Below are positions 36,142 through 44,671 of a DNA stretch of 64,000 bases, piece by piece. The stretch is from an uncultured Clostridia bacterium. GTDB lineage: Bacteria; Bacillota; Clostridia; Lachnospirales; Lachnospiraceae. The translations under genes and the position numbers were made by a program. The stretch spans positions 11,216 to 75,215 of the forward strand of contig CAMYZE010000006.1 of the NCBI GenBank assembly GCA_947303805.1. Direction: 5' to 3'. How positions within the stretch are numbered: the first letter of the stretch is position 1; each line of letters opens with the position of its first letter. Under the pieces are notes generated by a model. That model had not been told where the DNA came from. It made no database searches and saw nothing but the letters and a program-made list of their open reading frames with translations.

Positions 36142-36710
36142 TTCAATTTGGGAAAATAAAAAAATCATATAATGGACAAGTAGTTTTAGATATAGATGAC
36201 TTTTCTATTGAAAACGGAAAAATCTATGCCATTACAGGAACAAATGGATCTGGAAAAAGCACTTTAGCTAAAATTATTGCTGGAATTATTAAAGATGATA
36301 GTAATCGCACTATTGACACAGGCTTAAACGTCGGGTATGTGCCACAGAAACCATATGTATTTGACTTGACTTTAGAAAAGAACATAATGATCAGCGGCAA
36401 TGACAAAAAGAAATGTGAAAAATTAATTAATGATTTTGGAATAGGATATTTAAAAGGTAAAAGATCCAAAGGTTTTTCTGGAGGAGAACAACAAAAACTA
36501 GCACTAGCAAGATTTATGATGATGGATTATGATCTTGCAATTCTTGATGAACCAACCTCTGCTATGGATGAAAAGTCACAAGAGATAGCTGAAGAGATAA
36601 TTTTAAATTACGCAAAAGGGAAGACAATGATTGTAATTACTCATGACAAGAGTCAAATTAATAAAATAGCCGATAAAATTATAAATATGAATGGTGGGAA
36701 GATAATTTAA
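36138..36710 (+). CDS. tupC: Short ABC transporter ATPase (TupC-like, 190 aa)
   Basis: Walker A GTNGSGKST, signature FSGGEQQK and Walker B ILDEPTS are present. It has overlapping start and stop codons with neighbours. Confidence 0.75.
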   Translation: MIQFGKIKKSYNGQVVLDIDDFSIENGKIYAITGTNGSGKSTLAKIIAGIIKDDSNRTIDTGLNVGYVPQKPYVFDLTLEKNIMISGNDKKKCEKLINDFGIGYLKGKRSKGFSGGEQQKLALARFMMMDYDLAILDEPTSAMDEKSQEIAEEIILNYAKGKTMIVITHDKSQINKIADKIINMNGGKII

Positions 36711-37939
36711 TGGAACTTCTTAAAGTTGATAGTCTTGATGAGGCTAAATTAAAACTATATAACGAATATATTGCAAGTGGCAAAGGACTTGAGATAGAAG
36801 AAAAGCATGTGCTTGATGCACTTGATTATATTTTGGCAGAAAAAATTGTAAGCAGTGTGGCAGTACCAGAGTTTGATAGGTCAGTAGTCGATGGATATGC
36901 TGTTATAGCTAGTGATACGCAGGGAGCAAATGATTCTATACCAACATTTTTAAAAGTGGTTGGTGAGAGCAAGATGGGCGAAGTCTGCGGCATTGAGCTA
37001 AAAAGTGGTGAATGTGTATATGTACCAACAGGCAGCATGATACCTAAAAATAGTAATGCCTGCGTGATGGTAGAACATACAGAAAGTATAACTGATGATA
37101 AAGTTGCTATATATGAAGCGGTTGCAGATGGAAAGAGTGTGGTAAAAAAAGGGGATGATATAAAAGAAGGCTCTGAAATATTTACTGAAGGAAGAAAACT
37201 TTCTGCCGCAGACGTTGGATTTTTATCATCTATAGGAATATATAAAGTTAAAGTATATAAAAAGTGGAGTATAACAATTATATCTACTGGAGATGAACTG
37301 GTAGATGAAAAATCAGAATATAAATTTGGAAAGATAAGAGATATAAATACTAATTTGTTGTCGGCACTTTCAATAAAATACGGATTTAAAATTATAAATA
37401 AGTATTTAGTGAAAGACAATGCTGATATTTTAGAAAAAACTCTTCAAGAATCAATGTCTAATAGCGATGTAGTAGTAATATCAGGCGGAAGCTCTAAAGG
37501 CAAGAAGGATGCTAGTAGTTTAGTGATAGATAAAGTGACTTCTTCAGGAGTTTTGACTCATGGTATAGCTGTAAAACCAGGGAAGCCGACAATCACTGGA
37601 TATGATAAAAATACTAATACTGTAGTAGTGGGACTTCCGGGGCATCCAGTTGCATCAGCTGTATTATTTAAACTTATAGTATGTGGTTTATATGATATGA
37701 TAACTAATTCGCAAAATAGAGATTTGGTTTGTGAAGGCATAATGAGTGAAAATATGCCTGCTTCACCAGGTAGAATGACATTTCAACTTGTAAAAATTGA
37801 TAAAGATTTTAATGTTACACCAATATTTGGAAGATCAGGGCTTATTCGTACACTTTCGGAAGCCGATGGCTATATCATTTTAGAAACTGATCAGGAAGGC
37901 ATCCGAAAGGGCGACAAAATCAAAGTCTATTACTTGTAG
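36710..37939 (+). CDS. moeA: Molybdopterin molybdenum/tungsten transferase MoeA
   Basis: 409 aa with FDRSVVDGYAV, STGDEL, ISGGSSKG and GLPGHPVAS motifs. Confidence 0.85.
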   Translation: MELLKVDSLDEAKLKLYNEYIASGKGLEIEEKHVLDALDYILAEKIVSSVAVPEFDRSVVDGYAVIASDTQGANDSIPTFLKVVGESKMGEVCGIELKSGECVYVPTGSMIPKNSNACVMVEHTESITDDKVAIYEAVADGKSVVKKGDDIKEGSEIFTEGRKLSAADVGFLSSIGIYKVKVYKKWSITIISTGDELVDEKSEYKFGKIRDINTNLLSALSIKYGFKIINKYLVKDNADILEKTLQESMSNSDVVVISGGSSKGKKDASSLVIDKVTSSGVLTHGIAVKPGKPTITGYDKNTNTVVVGLPGHPVASAVLFKLIVCGLYDMITNSQNRDLVCEGIMSENMPASPGRMTFQLVKIDKDFNVTPIFGRSGLIRTLSEADGYIILETDQEGIRKGDKIKVYYL

Positions 37940-37943
37940 GGTT

Positions 37944-37967
37944 GTAGGGGCGAATGCTTGCAGAGCC
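37944..37967 (+). repeat. REP-like repeat, variant B
   Basis: GTAGGGGCGAATGCTTGCAGAGCC. Confidence 0.65.
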
Positions 37968-37970
37968 AGC

Positions 37971-37993
37971 GTAGGGGCGAGTTTTACGAGCCC
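37971..37993 (+). repeat. REP-like repeat copy
   Basis: GTAGGGGCGAGTTTTACGAGCCC followed by GAAGGAAAAAT-ATG. Confidence 0.75.
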
Positions 37994-38004
37994 GAAGGAA
38001 AAAT

Positions 38005-39906
38005 ATGGGAAAACGAAATTTATATTTAAAAACAATATCAGTAGAGGAAGCATACGACAAGTATTACTCTGCATTAAATGAAAAAGGAATACTTGCTAAA
38101 TTTGTTGAAGAAGTACCAACAAGCGAGGCATTAGGTAGAGTTACATCTGAAGCAATATTCGCGAAGTGCAACTCGCCACTTTTTAATGCTGCTGCCATGG
38201 ATGGAATTTGTGTTGAGAGTATAAAGACCAAAAATGCTAGTGAAGAGAGTCCTGTTATTTTAAAGTCAGGAGTTGATTATAAAATAGTTGACACAGGCGA
38301 CTCTATAAAACCACCATTTGATGCTGTAGTGATGGCTGAAGATGTAATAGAGATTGATGATGAGACAATAAAAATTATTGCTCCAGTTTCTGGTTGGGAA
38401 AACATAAGACCTATAGGAGAAGACATAGTTGCTGGTGAGATGATACTTGAAAGCAATCACAAAATCAAACCTATAGATATAGGTGCTTTAATAGCAGGAG
38501 GCATTTTAAAAATCAAGTGCCATAAAAAACTTTCAGTTGGGATAACACCTACAGGCGATGAAATTATAAATCCTAAAGATAACCCAAAAGAAGGAGATAT
38601 AATTGATTCAAATTCTTATATGATTAAAGCTTTGGTCGATGACAACGGGGGTATTGGCAAGAGATATGATATTGTAAAAGACGACTATGACAAGATTAAG
38701 GCTCAACTACAAAAATCTATTGCAGAAAATGATATTACTATTATTAATGCAGGATCTTCTGCAGGCACAGAAGATTATTCTGTTCATATACTAAAAGAAC
38801 TCGGTGAAGTAATAGTGCATGGTGTTTCTATGAAGCCAGGTAAACCTGTTATACTCGCTATAGTAGACGGTAAGCCTGTTGTTGGACTTCCAGGCTATCC
38901 ACTAAGTGCATATCTTGCATTTGATTTATATATAAAACCACTATTATCGCATGAGAAAGTAAGTCAGGATGAAATTGATGCAGTTGTATCAAAAAGACTT
39001 GTATCTTCATTAAAATACAGAGAGTATGTGAGAGTTAAAGTTGGAAAGGTTGATAATAAATATATAGCGTCGCCACTCAATCGTGGAGCTGCATCACAGA
39101 TGAGTATGGTTAGAGCTGACGGCATACTTATAATTCCACAAAATAGTGAAGGAATTGAAGCAGGAGAAGTTGCAAAAGTTAAACTTATAAAAAATAAAAA
39201 GACTCTTGACACTACGCTTGTGTCGATTGGTTCACATGATGTGCTTATGGATATAGTTGCAGATATCATGGCAAACGATTATAATGATGTAACTTTGTCA
39301 TCTACTCATGTAGGCTCTATGGGTGGACTTATGGCACTAAAGAGAGGAGAGACTATAATAGCACCTACACATTTACTTGATGAAAATAATGGTAAGTACA
39401 ATGTGGATATTATTAAAGAGATATTTGGAGAAGGTAAAGTTTCTCTAATTAAAGGATTTGATAGGATACAAGGTATAATGGTTAAAAAAGGAAATCCTTT
39501 AAGTATTAAAGGCATAGAAGATTTACCAAAGTATAAATTTGTAAATAGGCAGAGAGGTGCTGGGACAAGAGTTTTACTTGACTATAAGTTAAAGACACTG
39601 GGGATTGACCCAAAATCTATAGATGGTTATGATAAAGAGGTTGCAACTCATATGGCTGTGGCTGCAAGTGTAGCAAGTCCTTACATAGATTGTGGGCTTG
39701 GAGTTAAATCGGCTGCTGATAGTATGGGCCTTGACTTTATAGAGGTAGGCATAGAAGAGTATGATTTTGCGATTCTCACAAAGAATCTAGAAGATGAAAA
39801 AGTAAAGAAGTTTATTGAAGTGATTAAATGTGATAAACTACATAAAAAACTTGATGATCTTGGTGGTTATGGATACAGTAACCTTGGTAAAATAGTAAAT
39901 ATTTAA
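38005..39906 (+). CDS. moeA: MoeA fused to a C-terminal periplasmic-binding-protein-like (molybdate/tungstate-binding-type) domain
   Basis: The N-terminal 400 aa carry MoeA motifs (AAMDGICV, PTGDEI, NAGSSAGTEDY, GLPGYPLSA). The C-terminal about 230 aa (SIGSHD...GTRVLLD...) resemble a PBP/LysR-substrate fold. Confidence 0.75.
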   Translation: MGKRNLYLKTISVEEAYDKYYSALNEKGILAKFVEEVPTSEALGRVTSEAIFAKCNSPLFNAAAMDGICVESIKTKNASEESPVILKSGVDYKIVDTGDSIKPPFDAVVMAEDVIEIDDETIKIIAPVSGWENIRPIGEDIVAGEMILESNHKIKPIDIGALIAGGILKIKCHKKLSVGITPTGDEIINPKDNPKEGDIIDSNSYMIKALVDDNGGIGKRYDIVKDDYDKIKAQLQKSIAENDITIINAGSSAGTEDYSVHILKELGEVIVHGVSMKPGKPVILAIVDGKPVVGLPGYPLSAYLAFDLYIKPLLSHEKVSQDEIDAVVSKRLVSSLKYREYVRVKVGKVDNKYIASPLNRGAASQMSMVRADGILIIPQNSEGIEAGEVAKVKLIKNKKTLDTTLVSIGSHDVLMDIVADIMANDYNDVTLSSTHVGSMGGLMALKRGETIIAPTHLLDENNGKYNVDIIKEIFGEGKVSLIKGFDRIQGIMVKKGNPLSIKGIEDLPKYKFVNRQRGAGTRVLLDYKLKTLGIDPKSIDGYDKEVATHMAVAASVASPYIDCGLGVKSAADSMGLDFIEVGIEEYDFAILTKNLEDEKVKKFIEVIKCDKLHKKLDDLGGYGYSNLGKIVNI

Positions 39907-39953
39907 ACGAGAATGTATGGCGCATTTAAAATCGTAGGAGTGCAGTTATAATC

Positions 39954-39976
39954 GTAGGGGCGAGTTTTACGAGCCC
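39954..39976 (+). repeat. REP-like repeat copy
   Basis: GTAGGGGCGAGTTTTACGAGCCC, identical to the copy at 37971. Confidence 0.75.
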
Positions 39977-40003
39977 TTATTTTTTTGCGAAAATCCCCCT
40001 ATC

Positions 40004-40032
40004 ATAGGGGGTTTTGACCCCCTATCTTTTTT
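40004..40032 (+). terminator. Rho-independent terminator of the tup-moeA operon
   Basis: ATAGGGGG-ttttga-CCCCCTAT followed by C and T6. A third arm, CCCCCTAT at 39995-40002, offers an alternative hairpin. Confidence 0.7.
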
Positions 40033-40059
40033 ATTTTGTAGGGTGTGGTACTGGGGAGA

Positions 40060-40078
40060 CCCCCTAAACTATAGGGGG
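40060..40078. repeat. Palindrome CCCCCTA-aacta-TAGGGGG
   Basis: It uses the same CCCCCTA/TAGGGGG arms as the 39995-40025 cluster. Confidence 0.6.
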
Positions 40079-40110
40079 ACATAGTAGGGTTGTAGGGACG
40101 ATACAAATCA

Positions 40111-40131
40111 TAGGGGCGAGTTACACGAGCC
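40111..40131 (+). repeat. REP-like repeat copy
   Basis: TAGGGGCGAGTTACACGAGCC. Confidence 0.65.
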
Positions 40132-40150
40132 TAGGTCGTAGATAAATAAA

Positions 40151-41794
40151 ATGAGTAAAGTGAGAAGATTGATAAAGAGAATGACATCACTATTTTTAGT
40201 GCTTCTTTTAAGTATAGAAAGTTTTGCTGCAGTTGTAAGTGATAACGATGGCTCGGCTTTTATCACAAAGGCTGAATTTGACTCGCTAAAAAATGATTTC
40301 CAAGCACAAATTGATAATTATAATACAAGCATTGACTCTAAAATTGATGGTGCCATCGCAGCATACTTATCTGGAATTAAGATAAGCATAGAGGACAACT
40401 CTCGTTTGCTGGCTTGGCCTGGCAAAACCGTAGGACTAGTAGAAGATCACAGAAGTCATCCGTATAAAGAGGGAAAGGTAGGAGGCACATTTACTTTAAC
40501 TAGCTGGGTTTGTAGGGATGGTGGTTATATGAATGGAACTACAGCAATCGAAGGGAGCGGGTCTGCTGGAATAGACTATATTGCATATTGTTTTCACCAA
40601 ATGACTAATAAAGGTGAACCTTTTAAATATTTAGTTGCAACATATGGGAAAATAGGCACCACAATGATGTGGGATTTAAATGGTTATGGAGATAAAATAG
40701 ATGAAAACTTTAATTGTGTTAACATATTTAGATCACAAGCAGATTACACCAATAGTGGGACTTATTCAATCGGACTGTGTGGTGGATGGAGAAATAAAAT
40801 TGGTGAAATGGGTAAGAAAATAAATGCCCAAACTGCTTATACTATCTTAAGTTGTTGTGAGTATTCAATCAATAGTGATTCTTATGGCCGAGATGGAGAT
40901 GCCAACTCTGTGCATAATAAATTCTCTATTAGCAGCAATGACTGTGAATTTTCGAGTACTATTAGATATGATGATGATTTAAGATATCTTACAAATGTAG
41001 CAGCAAACACTGTTTACAAAACAGTATGGCCTAAGGAATGGTATGGCGTAAATGAATCTGAATTGGTAGAAACTCATGATGTGAATATTAGAGATTTTTA
41101 TGATTCTGGTTGGAGACTTCCAAGTAATCTAACAAAAAATTTCCATATAAAGACATATTCAAATCATACAGGACTTTATCCATGTAACAACAAAGCATTT
41201 ATGCGTAGATGGAAATCTTCTGCACCAAGCGCTTCAGAAAAAGCCCAAGGGTATCGACAAATAGCGAGTGGTACAAGTCACCATTCTTATAGGACTAAAG
41301 ATCAAAAATCAACATTAAATCTTTTTAAATCTTCTACAGGAACTAATTGTACATCTTCAAATCTTTATAGTTCAGAATTAGGGGAAATTTTAAAAGTTTT
41401 AGGTTCTGATAAGGTTAAAACAGCAACGATTGATGAACAAAGTAAAACAGTTGCACCACTATATGTAGGAGTGCCTATTGCAAATGTTAAGGATTTGGAC
41501 AAGGTAAGTATTGAATTAGAATTCCTTGATAATACAGATTATACAGCAGCATTTAAAATTGGCGAATTCCCAGAGGGCACAATAGAAGAGGCAAGCGCAG
41601 ACACAGCTGGTTGTTCAATTTCAGGTCAAGACAAGAGTAATAAAATAGATGTAAAAGGCGCTAGCACAAGTACAAAAAAGACAATAGTAATTGATATATC
41701 AAAAAATGGAGTTTTGTTTTTTAAATTTGCTGTAAATGGAGAGAACATGGGGCGGATTAAATTGCCAGTAAATGTAAAAATATTACATGGCTAA
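40151..41794 (+). CDS. Secreted protein of unknown function (547 aa)
   Basis: It has an N-terminal signal peptide (LFLVLLLSIESFAAV) followed by a short helical segment (KAEFDSLKNDFQAQIDNYNTSIDSKIDGAIAAYL). I recognise no other motif. Confidence 0.6.
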   Translation: MSKVRRLIKRMTSLFLVLLLSIESFAAVVSDNDGSAFITKAEFDSLKNDFQAQIDNYNTSIDSKIDGAIAAYLSGIKISIEDNSRLLAWPGKTVGLVEDHRSHPYKEGKVGGTFTLTSWVCRDGGYMNGTTAIEGSGSAGIDYIAYCFHQMTNKGEPFKYLVATYGKIGTTMMWDLNGYGDKIDENFNCVNIFRSQADYTNSGTYSIGLCGGWRNKIGEMGKKINAQTAYTILSCCEYSINSDSYGRDGDANSVHNKFSISSNDCEFSSTIRYDDDLRYLTNVAANTVYKTVWPKEWYGVNESELVETHDVNIRDFYDSGWRLPSNLTKNFHIKTYSNHTGLYPCNNKAFMRRWKSSAPSASEKAQGYRQIASGTSHHSYRTKDQKSTLNLFKSSTGTNCTSSNLYSSELGEILKVLGSDKVKTATIDEQSKTVAPLYVGVPIANVKDLDKVSIELEFLDNTDYTAAFKIGEFPEGTIEEASADTAGCSISGQDKSNKIDVKGASTSTKKTIVIDISKNGVLFFKFAVNGENMGRIKLPVNVKILHG

Positions 41795-41819
41795 TGGACA
41801 GAGTTTTCGCTTAACAGTA

Positions 41820-41848
41820 AAATCGGGCACAAGTTGCCCGATTTTTTA
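41820..41848 (+). terminator. Rho-independent terminator
   Basis: ATCGGGCA-caagt-TGCCCGAT followed by T6. Confidence 0.85.
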
Positions 41849-41893
41849 TTGCTTTTGTTATTAAAATGATAATGTGATATAATATTATAAATT

Positions 41894-42844
41894 ATGGATT
41901 TTAAATCAATAAATAAAAATATTGATAGGATAGATTGGGAGTCTGGCATTACAGAGATTCCTGATTATGCGTTTTCATCATTTTACAATTTAAAGGAAGT
42001 AGAGATACCAGATACTGTGACTAAGATAGGAAGGGGTGCTTTTCAAAATTGTACTTCACTCGAGAAAGTAGTACTGCCAAAAAACCTTACGGAGCTTTCG
42101 AATAATCTTTTTTTGCAATGTAAGAAATTGGAGCAGGTAGCTATCCCCGAAACTGTTTTAAAGATAGGTGACCAAGCCTTTTTTGCTACAAGTATAAAAA
42201 ATATTATTATACCAAAAAGTGTTGTGACTATTGGAAACTCGGCATTTACTGGAGTGTCTGAGTTTACTATATATGATGGGTTTAACTATACTGTTAATAA
42301 ATATAATATTTTCACTTGGCTAAGCGAACCTATATACGATAGAGAGGCTGATGGCCAGATACCTGATACCTATAGTTTTATAAAAAATGTGGTAGTTACA
42401 ATTTTAGATGATAACACTGAGGAAGTTAAATTTAAGTTTTATATTCCATTTAGGGATAAGTTTGATATTTTTTCAATATCACATGCTGTTTTTAAAAATA
42501 ATAGACTAGACCTTGGACTTCTTGATAGTCAGTTTCAGAGAATTAGGGACTTCGAGAGCAAAACCAGTTATGTTTATTATCGTATACAGTATCCATATAA
42601 ACTTACGGATGAAAATAAAGATTTATTTTCAAGGTTTATTGAAGCAAATGCAGTAAAGATAGCAGAGCGATTTATAGATGATAATACGGTGACACCGCTT
42701 ATAAAACTTGATTCTTTAAAACTTATAAATGATAAAAATATTGATACACTTATAGAATATGCAAATGTCAATAGAAGATTTAATTCTTTATCTTATCTTA
42801 TGAATTATAAAAATGAGAATTATAAAGACAGATATAGTATATAG
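41894..42844 (+). CDS. BspA-type leucine-rich-repeat protein (no signal peptide) with unknown C-terminal domain
   Basis: The N-terminal about 130 aa show repeated I/V-P..V..IG..AF..C..L units. The remainder is unassigned. Confidence 0.6.
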   Translation: MDFKSINKNIDRIDWESGITEIPDYAFSSFYNLKEVEIPDTVTKIGRGAFQNCTSLEKVVLPKNLTELSNNLFLQCKKLEQVAIPETVLKIGDQAFFATSIKNIIIPKSVVTIGNSAFTGVSEFTIYDGFNYTVNKYNIFTWLSEPIYDREADGQIPDTYSFIKNVVVTILDDNTEEVKFKFYIPFRDKFDIFSISHAVFKNNRLDLGLLDSQFQRIRDFESKTSYVYYRIQYPYKLTDENKDLFSRFIEANAVKIAERFIDDNTVTPLIKLDSLKLINDKNIDTLIEYANVNRRFNSLSYLMNYKNENYKDRYSI

Positions 42845-42847
42845 CAT

Positions 42848-44671
42848 ATGGTTGATAAAAATTATGAAAAAGTAATTGCTCTAGCAGATGAGCTGCTCTC
42901 GCAAGTGCGAGCTGAGGCTTTGGTGTCGCTCAGATTTTTAGATGTAGCACTATATAAACTTAAGTTTAAATATGATTTTAATACAACACTTTTTACTGAT
43001 GGTGAATTCCTATACATGAATCCCCACTACATTTTTTCACTATATAAAGCTGAATACAATATGCTCCTTAGGAACTATCTACATGTTATATTACACTGCA
43101 TCTTCTTTCATTTGTTTATAAATAAATCATTAGATGAAGATAGATGGAACCTTGCCTGCGATATATCAGTTGAAAATATTATTAATGAACTTGATTTGCC
43201 TACGCTTGTACCAACTATGCAGAATCCTCAGATTCCTGAGATAAATATATTAAAACTTAGAGTAGGTGAACTTACCGCTGAAAAACTCTATAGTTTTTTT
43301 ATGACCAATGGTATAACTGATGATGAGATAAAGAGACTTAGACAACTATTTGAAAGAGATGATCATTCTTTTTGGTTTATTTCTACTGGAAATGTAGGAA
43401 GTACTGAAGGTGGGAAGAAAAAGGAAAGGGAAGATGACTATAAAGAACAAAAGAAGCACGAGCAAAATGATGATGAGGTTGAGAGGGCAGAACACGATTT
43501 AAAGGATGAAGATAAAGAACAAGAAGCTAATAATGAAGATGACTATAATAATATACCTTTTGATCCTGATGAGATGAAAGAAGAAGATGATAGTGGGGAT
43601 GAGGGATCAAACCTTGAAGGTGATAAAAATAAGGCAGATACAGGTGAGGATGAAAATCCAAATGCTGACTCAACCAATAAGAGCGACATAAACGAGGACA
43701 GCAAAAATGAAGAAGCTAGAGTAGGCGGTGAAGTAGTAGATAGACCTGTTGATGCAAAAAACCAGGATCGTAGCCTTGATGAAGATGAAGCTATTGCCAT
43801 ACAAGAAAAGATAAATGAGAAAATTGGCGATGGAGAAAATGAAAGGTTTGAGGACAATACAGATAATATGACTGATAAGAAGTCAGACAAAAATTATGAT
43901 TCGAAAAATCGAATTGCAGCACAGATTGAAAATGCCGCATATAATGATTGGAAGCAGATAAGTGAGCGAACTAAAGAAGATTTACTTATGTTTGCAAGTG
44001 ACTTTGGGCAAAAGACAAATACTTTAAAGCAGTACATTAGAGAGGTTAATCGTGAACGATATAATTATGAAACTTTTCTTGAAAAATTTGCTGTAATGGG
44101 TGAGAATGTTGAATTAAATGATGATGAATTTGACAATATCTATTATACTTACGGACTAAGTATGTATAACAATGTGCCTCTCGTAGAGCCTCTTGAATAT
44201 AAAGAAGTGAACAAAATTAAGGAATTTGCTATAGCAATAGATGTAAGTGGCTCAGTAAAAGGTGATTTAGTTCAAAAGTTTATTGAAAAGACTTACAACA
44301 TATTATCTAAGAGAGAAAACTTCTTTAATAAAGTCAACATACATATTATACTATGTGATACAGATATAAAAAATGACTTCAAAATAACAAATATTGAAGA
44401 ATTGAAGAATGTTATAGATAAAATGGTACTTGAAGGGTTTGGTGGTACAGATTTTAGGCCAGTATTTGACTATATTGAAAAACTTAAAAATAAGGGTGAA
44501 TATAAAAATCTTAAAGGTCTTATATATTTTACTGATGGTCTTGGTGCATACCCTACAAAAATACCTGACTATGCTACGGCATTTTGCTTTATAAAAAAAG
44601 ATTATGAAAAAAACGAAAAGAAAATAAGTGTACCTTCTTGGGCAATTAAAATAGTTTTGGAGGACATATAG
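42848..44671 (+). CDS. VWA-domain protein with DUF2201-type N-terminal metallopeptidase-like domain and long acidic linker
   Basis: The C-terminus has the MIDAS motif AIAIDVSGS and GGTDF. The N-terminus has HVILH where HExxH is expected. Residues about 185-350 are rich in D, E, K and N. Confidence 0.7.
   Translation: MVDKNYEKVIALADELLSQVRAEALVSLRFLDVALYKLKFKYDFNTTLFTDGEFLYMNPHYIFSLYKAEYNMLLRNYLHVILHCIFFHLFINKSLDEDRWNLACDISVENIINELDLPTLVPTMQNPQIPEINILKLRVGELTAEKLYSFFMTNGITDDEIKRLRQLFERDDHSFWFISTGNVGSTEGGKKKEREDDYKEQKKHEQNDDEVERAEHDLKDEDKEQEANNEDDYNNIPFDPDEMKEEDDSGDEGSNLEGDKNKADTGEDENPNADSTNKSDINEDSKNEEARVGGEVVDRPVDAKNQDRSLDEDEAIAIQEKINEKIGDGENERFEDNTDNMTDKKSDKNYDSKNRIAAQIENAAYNDWKQISERTKEDLLMFASDFGQKTNTLKQYIREVNRERYNYETFLEKFAVMGENVELNDDEFDNIYYTYGLSMYNNVPLVEPLEYKEVNKIKEFAIAIDVSGSVKGDLVQKFIEKTYNILSKRENFFNKVNIHIILCDTDIKNDFKITNIEELKNVIDKMVLEGFGGTDFRPVFDYIEKLKNKGEYKNLKGLIYFTDGLGAYPTKIPDYATAFCFIKKDYEKNEKKISVPSWAIKIVLEDI

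Noticed and set aside
36826-37419. 197-aa minus-strand ORF. Similar long minus-strand ORFs occur at 59338..59868, 51435..51809 and 45514..45822.
   Set aside because: Each lies fully inside a well-supported plus-strand gene (moeA, hppA, the DHOase-like gene, the AAA+ ATPase). All have Ser/Ile/Phe-rich shadow-ORF composition and no RBS.
37936-40135. CRISPR array suggested by the repeated GTAGGGGCGAG... units.
   Set aside because: There are only one or two units per site with irregular spacing. The units occur in both orientations across 35 kb, with no cas genes and no regular spacers. They fit REP-like interspersed repeats.
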